Source: a virus (Duplodnaviria > Caudoviricetes). From it: a stretch of DNA of 61,955 bases. Positions 54,729-61,955 of this stretch are shown here, one piece after another. Each line of letters starts with the position of its first letter. Position 1 is the first letter of the stretch. The stretch spans positions 1 through 61,955 of the IMG/VR virus record IMGVR_UViG_3300028364_000001, one strand, 5' to 3'. A model generated the notes under the pieces. That model had not been told where the DNA came from. It ran no database searches and saw only the letters and a program-made list of their open reading frames with translations. A program made the translations under genes and the position numbers.

Positions 54729-56593
54729 TATCGCCTCCCATCTGTGCGAACTTCGAGCCGGGGGCTGCCCAGCCGCCACGCGGTCCCGGTCTGCGCCGAC
54801 TCCACCCGCAAGGACAAAGACCTCCCCCTGATGCGGATAAAGAGCTGGTCGGTGAACCGCTCGACAGGTAGTGTGGCCGTCTTGACCACAGGGTTCGAGT
54901 CTGCGCCGCTGAAGGCGTCGCCCGGGAAGTTTCTTGCAGAGATGCTCATGGTGGCAGTGGCGTCGGTGGCGGTAGACGCCCGGAATGTGATATCGGGGAT
55001 AAGTCGTGAGGCGAACATGAACTGATCGCCCTCGCCCATGTCGACCACGCTGGACTCGATGTAGGGGTTGAGTGGCGCAGGCGGGTTGACGCTGCCATCA
55101 TCCAGACCGAACTCTTGGAAGTACACCTCTCCGTCACTTGTCGAGGCCAGAGGGTACTGCACCAGCCCGGTGTCCGCCCACGCCGTCCTGTTCATGGTGC
55201 CGTAATACCAGAGCTTCTGGGCGTAGTTGTACACGACATAGCGGTCGTTGTTCAGGCTGGCCGCAGAGGGGTAGAACCACCAGATCTCCGAGAACCCGCT
55301 GTTGTGCCCCGTGCATATCTTGGCACCCTGTATCCGGTTGATGTTGCTGAACACATACTCCTTCACATCGCAGGGGAGCGGCGTCACCGAGCCATCGTAT
55401 ATGTGGAAGTCGCCAAGACCCATCCAGTATACCGCATCGCCCACGGCAAGCACTGCGTTCGGCCCGATCAGGGAAACCCCCGAGGCGACCTCTTGGGTGC
55501 TGAATGTGAACGGCGGCCCGACAAACTGCATGGCGTGCAGCGACATATCGGTAAAGACCGCGATCTGCTGCTTGGTCTGCACCGCGGCTATGAACGTGGA
55601 GCCCGACCCCAGCCGGATCTCCCCGGCGGTGTTTGTGGCGCTCGTGACGTCCCAGTCGAGCAAGGTCTCTTGGCTGGAAAACCGGATCAGAAGGGGGTCC
55701 GCAACGCCTGCCGAGAACTGACTGTCGCAGCCGAAAGCGATGGTATGCCGGTCCCGCTCCGACACGATCACCTGCTGTGCAACTGTCGGGGCTTCAGAGG
55801 ACCCCACCAGCGCAGCGATGTTGACTGCCCGCGCTGCGAACCCTGCGCTTGTATCCCACAGGAATATACCCCCACCCCTCGGGCAGATGAGCAGGTCTTC
55901 CCCAAAGTTGTCTTCGCTCCATATCCGCAGCTGGGCGCCAACGATGCTGACATCAGCGGCAGAACCCCAACCGCCTCGTGACCACGCGCCTGCGCCCCAA
56001 CCGCTGCCCAGAGAGGTGCTGTCGAGGCCCACCGTGAGCTGGTATACAGCGATAGTGCTCGCGCCCCCGTCTCCGCTGTCTGAGGCGTTTGCAGCGGCGG
56101 TCAGGCTGATTGTGTAGTTGTTGGCATCGACAATGCTCGCGATCTGGTGCTCTGTGTTGAGCACTGCTGCAGTCACCACGCCCCCGAGCGAGGCTGCGCT
56201 TGAAAAGGTTACGAAGTCGTTCAGCGAGGCCCCATGCGCGGTGTCGGTCACGGTCAGCACAGTAGACCCGTTGGTGGCCGCAAAGGTGGCGTCCCCTGCG
56301 GCCGTGGTTGCCCTGATCGGAGTGATGTCGTTCGGTGCGCCGCCTTCGAGGACGTAATACTTGAGCTGCGTCCCTGACCCGATGTAGGTGTCTCCGTCCA
56401 GCGAAGCCCATGGGAACAGGCTGCGGGGCACCCCGAGCATGGCTTGCCGGGTGTACTGCTCCCACCCTCCGATAGTCTCGGGGAGCCCCGCGCGGAACCT
56501 GATCTTGTCGCCGTCGATCCACCCGCCCTCGTTCGTATAGGCCGTGGTCTCGCGGTTGATGCCCGGACGGAACTGCAGCTTGATGAATGGCAT
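54728..56593 (-). CDS. Tail nozzle / tubular protein B-like (packaged-DNA stabilisation)
   Basis: MPFIKLQFRPGINRETT...WRLGSPRLEVRTDGRR; beta-rich, 621 aa. Confidence 0.7.
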   Translation of the reverse strand: MPFIKLQFRPGINRETTAYTNEGGWIDGDKIRFRAGLPETIGGWEQYTRQAMLGVPRSLFPWASLDGDTYIGSGTQLKYYVLEGGAPNDITPIRATTAAGDATFAATNGSTVLTVTDTAHGASLNDFVTFSSAASLGGVVTAAVLNTEHQIASIVDANNYTISLTAAANASDSGDGGASTIAVYQLTVGLDSTSLGSGWGAGAWSRGGWGSAADVSIVGAQLRIWSEDNFGEDLLICPRGGGIFLWDTSAGFAARAVNIAALVGSSEAPTVAQQVIVSERDRHTIAFGCDSQFSAGVADPLLIRFSSQETLLDWDVTSATNTAGEIRLGSGSTFIAAVQTKQQIAVFTDMSLHAMQFVGPPFTFSTQEVASGVSLIGPNAVLAVGDAVYWMGLGDFHIYDGSVTPLPCDVKEYVFSNINRIQGAKICTGHNSGFSEIWWFYPSAASLNNDRYVVYNYAQKLWYYGTMNRTAWADTGLVQYPLASTSDGEVYFQEFGLDDGSVNPPAPLNPYIESSVVDMGEGDQFMFASRLIPDITFRASTATDATATMSISARNFPGDAFSGADSNPVVKTATLPVERFTDQLFIRIRGRSLSLRVESAQTGTAWRLGSPRLEVRTDGRR

Positions 56594-56815
56594 GGGGTTC
56601 TCCTGTGGCGAGAATATACCGCTAAATAAGCCCCGCGTCGATAGGCTGGGCGGACGGGCTACAACGCCTCGCCCGCCAAACGACATTCGCCGCGCACCGC
56701 CAAGACCGCAGGGCCAAAGTGGCCACGCAATGTGTCTGGTCCATGATGTCTCGGCTGGCAAAGGTCCGACAGGTGACAGCCATACCGGACTGCAGACATA
56801 CGATCATGACCGCGA

Positions 56816-57052
56816 TCATCGGGCGCACCCCGCGTCGAGTTCTGCAATCAGCCTGTCGCCTGTCACCACGAGCAAAGGCGTGCCTTCGGCCAATAGTGCG
56901 GCGGCATGAGCGTCGGTCGACTCCGCGGTCCGCACACAAATTGCATCAAGGCTTGGGCGTGCGGTGCCGCAGGCGCTGACGAGCAGCAGCAGCATCAAGG
57001 CTGCGCACTTGGTCGATACGCCGCCCGGTCTCAAGGCCATCTTGGATTGCAT
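56816..57052 (-). CDS. Putative o-spanin lipoprotein
   Basis: LLLLVSAC lipobox; overlaps the i-spanin gene; start uncertain. Confidence 0.65.
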   Translation of the reverse strand: MQSKMALRPGGVSTKCAALMLLLLVSACGTARPSLDAICVRTAESTDAHAAALLAEGTPLLVVTGDRLIAELDAGCAR

Positions 57053-57170
57053 CGTCTCGCTCCTCCTTTTTACCTTCGCGCTTGCCGCGCATCCGTCCGA
57101 ATATCTGGCCACCAATTGCGCCGATTGCCAGTGCGATCAGGCCGACGATTCCTGCGATGATTTCCGTCAT
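56946..57170 (-). CDS. Putative i-spanin
   Basis: N-terminal TM segment then a charged helix; after the holin. Confidence 0.65.
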   Translation of the reverse strand: MTEIIAGIVGLIALAIGAIGGQIFGRMRGKREGKKEERDDAIQDGLETGRRIDQVRSLDAAAARQRLRHRTPKP

Positions 57171-57373
57171 GTGTCGTCTCCTTGCTTCACCAATCGCCCG
57201 ATCATGCCAAGCACCAGCAGCGCGCCCGTGACCCACGCGGCGGTGTCATCGCCAGCGCGCGCCTTGAGGTCGTCGGGGATAAACACCCACGCGCCCTGCA
57301 ATGCGAAGGCGGCACCCATTGCTTGCATAGATATCCAGCGCCACCACCGGCGCGCATCGTCTACGAATTTCAT
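57167..57373 (-). CDS. Putative holin
   Basis: 68 aa, two TM segments, WWRWISMQ...GRLVKQ. Confidence 0.7.
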   Translation of the reverse strand: MKFVDDARRWWRWISMQAMGAAFALQGAWVFIPDDLKARAGDDTAAWVTGALLVLGMIGRLVKQGDDT

Positions 57374-57609
57374 GTGCCACCTCCGGGCGCGCGTTCTTGG
57401 CCTTTATGGATTCCATACACGACCCATTTGTCGTATCCGCTGTGAAGCGCGCCCGTGGCATGCCGCCAAAACGCTTGGTGACGATCAACCTGTATCGCGT
57501 GATAAACGCCACGAAAATACCGAATGATTGGCAGGCGCTTCCATGCTGGGGCTGTTGGCATAACCCACCCGTTTGCCGTGCCATCCTGTAGCCAGTGGTG
57601 CATGCTCAT
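57370..57609 (-). CDS. Hypothetical protein in the lysis cassette
   Basis: ATGA overlaps at both ends. Confidence 0.5.
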   Translation of the reverse strand: MSMHHWLQDGTANGWVMPTAPAWKRLPIIRYFRGVYHAIQVDRHQAFWRHATGALHSGYDKWVVYGIHKGQERAPGGGT

Positions 57610-58181
57610 GTGCGCTTGCCTTTAATAAGGGATGCCAGCAATTCAAGGATACGCGTCAGCCAGCCTTGCCGCTCACTTTGAGCGGGTTTCTGCACCACAA
57701 CGGGCGCGGGGCGAGCCGTGGGGGCCTTGTGCGCCACCCCTGCCCACCACGCAGCCGCATCATAGCCGGGGCACTGCGTGGCCGCTCCGGGCATGTCGCG
57801 ATGGCCTTCGACTTTGGCGTTGGGGAAGCGCGCCAGCAACTCACGGATCAGCGCGATCTGTGCCTTGATCTGGGCCGGAGTCCGGTTGTCAACTCCCACA
57901 TTTGGCGCAGCTAGGGTAACGCCGCCCTCAAGGCAGATGCCGACCGACGCACTGTTTTCGCCCTGCGAATGCGCGCCGGTTTCAAATCGCCCCGGCTGAG
58001 ACAGATCGCGGCCAGTCTCAACCTCCCCGCTTTTGCGGATGAAGTAATGATAGCCGATTTCGCGGAACCCGCGCTGGCGGTGCATCTTGTCAATATCGGC
58101 GGCGGTGAAGTCGCTTTCAATCGGTGTCGCGCTGTAGTGCTGCACGATCCAGCGAACCTGACTATCTGGTTTATAGGTCAT
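57606..58181 (-). CDS. Endolysin, N-acetylmuramoyl-L-alanine amidase (T7 lysozyme-like)
   Basis: HYSAT, IGYHYFI, GAH..G.N..SVGICLEGG, GHRD, CPG. Confidence 0.9.
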   Translation of the reverse strand: MTYKPDSQVRWIVQHYSATPIESDFTAADIDKMHRQRGFREIGYHYFIRKSGEVETGRDLSQPGRFETGAHSQGENSASVGICLEGGVTLAAPNVGVDNRTPAQIKAQIALIRELLARFPNAKVEGHRDMPGAATQCPGYDAAAWWAGVAHKAPTARPAPVVVQKPAQSERQGWLTRILELLASLIKGKRT

Positions 58182-58507
58182 TGAAACCACCCCACGATAA
58201 AATCCTTGAAGAAAACGATCACGAACGTCGCCAGCGCCCCGATAAATCCCATGACGATCATTATCCCGGCCAGTTTGCCGCGCCACGACGTTACAAGATC
58301 AGTGACAGGCTCGATCCTGTCTAGCCGTCGCAGGATGTCGTCCTGACTGTTCTGCATTTTGGAAAGGTCATCGCTGACTGCTTTGCGGGCCAGTTCGGTT
58401 TCCTTTGATGCCTCTTTGCGCTCTTTGTAATCTTCCTCAAAGCGACGTTCCAGCCGCACAAGGATAGCAGTGTTGGCGGCCATTTCTGCGGCAACGGATG
58501 TAGGCAT
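58178..58507 (-). CDS. Coiled-coil protein with a C-terminal TM segment
   Basis: Hydrophobic C-terminus; adjacent to the endolysin. Confidence 0.6.
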   Translation of the reverse strand: MPTSVAAEMAANTAILVRLERRFEEDYKERKEASKETELARKAVSDDLSKMQNSQDDILRRLDRIEPVTDLVTSWRGKLAGIMIVMGFIGALATFVIVFFKDFIVGWFQ

Positions 58508-58758
58508 TAGGTTTCCCCTTCAATTTCAGTCAACAGGGCTTTCGCGTCTAGGATGTCGGCCTGTAATGACCGCGCGCAATGGTTGGGGTTGCGCTGCCAG
58601 AAGAACACTGCGTCGATCAGTTTTTCGCGCCTGCGCTTCTGGCGGTGCATCCGCGCGCTGACGCTTTCGTTTGGTCCCGTCTCCGTCAAGTCGCGCGCCG
58701 TCATAACGTTGAGAAGCTGCGACAAGGCTGACCCGATCATGATGAGGCGCTGCATCAT
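58507..58758 (-). CDS. Hypothetical phage protein
   Basis: SQLLNV...NESVSAR...ID.VFFW...HC. Confidence 0.65.
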   Translation of the reverse strand: MMQRLIMIGSALSQLLNVMTARDLTETGPNESVSARMHRQKRRREKLIDAVFFWQRNPNHCARSLQADILDAKALLTEIEGET

Positions 58759-59351
58759 GGCCAGTATTTATCATCGGTGTAGTTTGACGGGATCGGGTCC
58801 ATGGCCTTGACTGTGCGGCCCGCGAAGATGTGCGCGCTCTGGTTCGTCGCCGCCGCATTTCCGAACGCAAAACACGTCTGTGCGTCCATCGTGGTCAGCG
58901 TGTTGTCAGCGGCAATCCATGTAAAGTCAGCCGCGCCACCGTGCCACCGCAGATTGCCCGCCGCCGCGCCCGCACCCATGGCAAACCCGGCAAGGGTTGC
59001 CGCGCCCGTGATCCGCGCGAGGCTTGCAGTGTCGCAGTCGTATGACTTGCCAGCGAAAGTGAATGTCGTGCCAAGGCGGCGGTCACGCTCTGCATTTACG
59101 GCGGCGCGGGCTTGGGCCAGTTGCTCAGCGGCTGTCGGCTCCGGTTCCGGTTCCGGCTCTGGCTCCGGCTGGACAATAGCCCAACGCTTGCCGTCCCATT
59201 GCGCGCGCTCTTTACCTGTCAATTCTGGCGGGTTCCCAGCGTCAACGCTCCCCGCTGGCAAGTGAAACACCCCCGGCTCCAGCGGGCTTTCGTCTGCCGT
59301 GGTGAAGCCTGCAAAGAAACCGTCTGCGTCAAGCTGAATTACTGTTTTCAT
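58755..59351 (-). CDS. Tail fibre assembly / DUF4376-like protein
   Basis: ADESPLEPGVF.LP...WDG..W, (PE)n linker, WIAADN. Confidence 0.7.
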   Translation of the reverse strand: MKTVIQLDADGFFAGFTTADESPLEPGVFHLPAGSVDAGNPPELTGKERAQWDGKRWAIVQPEPEPEPEPEPTAAEQLAQARAAVNAERDRRLGTTFTFAGKSYDCDTASLARITGAATLAGFAMGAGAAAGNLRWHGGAADFTWIAADNTLTTMDAQTCFAFGNAAATNQSAHIFAGRTVKAMDPIPSNYTDDKYWP

Positions 59352-59360
59352 TGTCAGACC

Positions 59361-60584
59361 TCAAAAGAAGATTACTGCGAGAAGGGCGATGTTTCGTGGG
59401 CGGGTTTCCGATCCGCCGGTTGATCCTGTATCGACAGTACCGGCGCTAGGACCACCGGCACCGGGCTCTATGCCGCCAAAGCCGCCAAAGCCGCTATTTA
59501 TAGTCACCGTGTGTGCGTGTGCTTGGAGCAGAGCGGCCTGCGCCGAACCGAACGCGCGCCCGGAGTCAATTCCGCGCCCATCATCCCAGCCGCGCGCAAA
59601 CTCGCCGCGCATGTCGGGAACGTTAAATGTGGTCGAGCCGTTGCCCGCACCAAAGGTTGTTCCGATCACCGCAAACAATGCCTCATAGGTGGTGCGCGAA
59701 ACCGCTGCGCCGTTGGCCTTGAGCGTTCCGGTCGGCGCGGTGCTGACGGCATACCAAGCGACTTCACCTGCGCGTGATGTTCCCCCCGCCGCCACCTCCG
59801 TCAGCACAAACTCCGTTGTCGCAAGCTGCGTTGTGTTCGTCGCCGCCGCCGCCGTAGGTCCAGCAGGGACGCCCGTAAACGTAGGGCTGGCGAGGGCAGC
59901 CTTGGCGTCAAGCTGCGTCTGGAGCCCGCCTGTCACGCCGTCCACAAAGTTCAGCTCCGCCGTCGAGGCCGTTACCCCGTCGAGGACGTTTATCTCTGCC
60001 GTCGAGGCCGTTACCCCGTCGAGGACGTTTATCTCTGCCGCGGTGGCCGTCAGGCCCAGATTCGTCAGCGCGACAGCGGCAGTCGAAGCCCCAGTGCCCC
60101 CGTCTGCAACGGCGAGGTCAACGATACCAGTGATGGTACCGCCCGTGATCGCTACCGCCCCCATGGCAAGGGCATCGAACATATTGAGCACAGCCGCCCC
60201 AGACCCGCCGCCGTTGCAATAGATCGCAGCTGCATTGCCTGCCAGAACCGTGACGTTGGCCCCGGACCCTTGCGAGAACACCGCCGATTGGTCGCTGGCG
60301 TTGGTCACGAAGTAGATCTTCTGGGCGTCGTTGGGCGCCACAGTGATGGTGTGGGCACCGCCGGGCGACCCCGTGAGACGCAAGAACTTGGTCTGGCCAT
60401 CCGAGAGCGTGCCATCGGCTGTCGTCAGTGTGGACGTGGCCCCCACAAGCGTGAGCGATACAGCTCCGTTTATCGCCCGGTCCACGATGTCCATGTTGAG
60501 ATTGATGGTGTTACCCCACGTGCCTGACTGTTCGCCAGAGCCGGGCTTCTCTACACCGAGGTTCGTTGTATAGGTACTCGGCAT
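59361..60584 (-). CDS. Tail fibre protein with a tail-collar domain
   Basis: NGAAVSRTTY..LFAVIGTTFGAGNGSTTFNVPDMRGEFARGWDDGRG, ETRPRNIALL. Confidence 0.88.
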   Translation of the reverse strand: MPSTYTTNLGVEKPGSGEQSGTWGNTINLNMDIVDRAINGAVSLTLVGATSTLTTADGTLSDGQTKFLRLTGSPGGAHTITVAPNDAQKIYFVTNASDQSAVFSQGSGANVTVLAGNAAAIYCNGGGSGAAVLNMFDALAMGAVAITGGTITGIVDLAVADGGTGASTAAVALTNLGLTATAAEINVLDGVTASTAEINVLDGVTASTAELNFVDGVTGGLQTQLDAKAALASPTFTGVPAGPTAAAATNTTQLATTEFVLTEVAAGGTSRAGEVAWYAVSTAPTGTLKANGAAVSRTTYEALFAVIGTTFGAGNGSTTFNVPDMRGEFARGWDDGRGIDSGRAFGSAQAALLQAHAHTVTINSGFGGFGGIEPGAGGPSAGTVDTGSTGGSETRPRNIALLAVIFF

Positions 60585-60594
60585 GGTCTAGGCC

Positions 60595-61581
60595 TCACGC
60601 TGCAATGGTGACCCATGTGGGGGTCTGGTTCGGATTATCGGGAGAATACCCCGGATCTTGGTTTGGGGCAATGCCCACGTAGCCGGGCACCTGATCGGGG
60701 TTCTCGTTGCTCCATACAAGGGTGATGCCCACCCCGCCTACGGCGGCTGTCCCGACAACGGGGGCAACGGCGGAACCTGCGGTAGTGACTGCACCCGCGG
60801 AGCCTGCGGCCGTCACGCCAGTGACCCCAACAGTGATACGGAGCTGGATCGCAACATCGCCTACAGCGCTTGTAGCCGCTACACCAGTGATGGAAACGGA
60901 AACACCAACTGGGACTACGGCATCGCCTATGGAGCCTGTAGCTGCTACGCCGACAACGAGAGCAACAGCCGAACCTGCGGCATCGACCGCCCCAACGGCA
61001 GCTATGCCCTCCACGCCAGTGACAGCCGTGAGCGCGGTGGCGATGACAGTGACTGCGTCGATGGAGCTTGTAGCCGCTACGCCTGTGGGGGCAACCACCG
61101 CAGTGCCAAACGTAGAAACAGTGCCTACAGCGCCAGCAGCCGCCAGACCTGTGACTGGGCTGATCGCGGAAGCCGCAGTAGTAACCGTGCCGACAGCGCT
61201 GGTGCCCGCTGCGCCAGTGACTGCGACGGTAATCCCGAGCGGTAGCGTGACATCGCCCACGTCGCCCGTGGCCGCTACGCCTGTGATGGAAACGGAAACC
61301 CCAAGCTGGAGTGTTACATCGCCCACGGCACCTGTGGCCGCTACACCAGTGATGGAAACGGAAACACCAACTGGGACTACGGCATCGCCTACTGCACCTG
61401 ATGCCGCCACGCCCGTGACGGAAACGGAAACACCAACTGGGACTACGGCATCGCCTACTGCACCTGATGCCGCCACGCCCGTGACGGAAACAGAGATATT
61501 GCCGCCACCTTCGTCGAGCAGTCGGTTACCGCTTTCGTCGAGTAGTTCGTTGCCGCTTTCGTCTAGGAGGCGGGTGGTCAT
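60595..61581 (-). CDS. Repeat-rich virion protein (Val/Thr/Gly/Ala)
   Basis: About 13 VTGVAA(T/S)G.VG repeats; N-terminal LLDE(S/G)G x3. Confidence 0.7.
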   Translation of the reverse strand: MTTRLLDESGNELLDESGNRLLDEGGGNISVSVTGVAASGAVGDAVVPVGVSVSVTGVAASGAVGDAVVPVGVSVSITGVAATGAVGDVTLQLGVSVSITGVAATGDVGDVTLPLGITVAVTGAAGTSAVGTVTTAASAISPVTGLAAAGAVGTVSTFGTAVVAPTGVAATSSIDAVTVIATALTAVTGVEGIAAVGAVDAAGSAVALVVGVAATGSIGDAVVPVGVSVSITGVAATSAVGDVAIQLRITVGVTGVTAAGSAGAVTTAGSAVAPVVGTAAVGGVGITLVWSNENPDQVPGYVGIAPNQDPGYSPDNPNQTPTWVTIAA

Positions 61582-61955
61582 GTGCGCCGTTCGACGGTTA
61601 CTTGGCTTTCGCCTGCTATTTGGTTAACGGTGCCAGATGCCGCGCGCTCTTCACCCTGAACGCGGATAACATCTCCGTCCGACACAGCGAACGTGGCACT
61701 CATATGCGACGATGACTCATTATGGTCGTCGGCATTCCTGATGTAACCCGTCTGTCCCACGCCACTGACCTTAGTATTATTATTTGTAATCCAGATACCG
61801 ACGTTTGGTCGCACCATTGGCACGCCCTGAGGTATGCTCTGAGATATGTGCGCCTGCACAGTTACAACCCCATCAAAGTTGACCGTGATGCTGTCACTGG
61901 CCAAAGTGTAGTCCGAGTCTGTTGCGTCGTTTGTTCCGCCGAACGGGATGTTTGC
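61578..61955 (-). CDS. 3' part of the junction-spanning virion protein (see 1-501)
   Basis: In frame across the 117-bp overlap. Confidence 0.7.
   Translation of the reverse strand, partial: ANIPFGGTNDATDSDYTLASDSITVNFDGVVTVQAHISQSIPQGVPMVRPNVGIWITNNNTKVSGVGQTGYIRNADDHNESSSHMSATFAVSDGDVIRVQGEERAASGTVNQIAGESQVTVERRT

Noticed and set aside
1-61955. tRNA or rRNA genes, or stop-codon reassignment
   Set aside because: No cloverleaf or rRNA-like segment was recognised by eye, and genes are intact under code 11 with all three stop codons in use.

Overview
This window appears to be one complete, circularly permuted dsDNA tailed-phage genome (Caudoviricetes). Positions 1-117 equal 61839-61955, giving about 61.8 kb of unique sequence. 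The layout is podovirus-like: no tape measure or tail tube, several large internal-virion proteins. The host is probably Gram-negative (spanin pair present). The minus strand carries the packaging, head, tail and lysis genes (43680-61955 continuing into 1-17016): TerS, TerL with two inteins, portal, GroES, scaffold, major capsid, adaptor, tail fibre, amidase endolysin, holin and spanins. The plus strand (17352-43586) carries early and replication genes: MoxR-like AAA ATPase, metallopeptidase-VWA protein with an intein, two DNA methyltransferases, DEDD exonuclease, family-B-like DNA polymerase, PD-(D/E)XK nuclease, SNF2 helicase and primase/DUF927. I saw no integrase, tRNA, CRISPR array or reverse transcriptase. 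Two unusual things stand out. (1) A modular early region (20.7-28.5 kb) in which six units follow one grammar: palindrome, RBS, cargo gene(s), then 1-3 translationally coupled Gly/Tyr/Asp-rich peptides, then the next palindrome. The ten peptides share an 11-aa leader, MIW(S/A/I)F(L/A/V)(R/K)PLV(W), and have mosaic variable tails. (2) Two of the three inteins carry their homing endonuclease (EndoVII-type in TerL, LAGLIDADG in the VWA gene) overprinted in a different reading frame while the intein frame stays open. All family assignments are from motif recognition by eye, not database searches.
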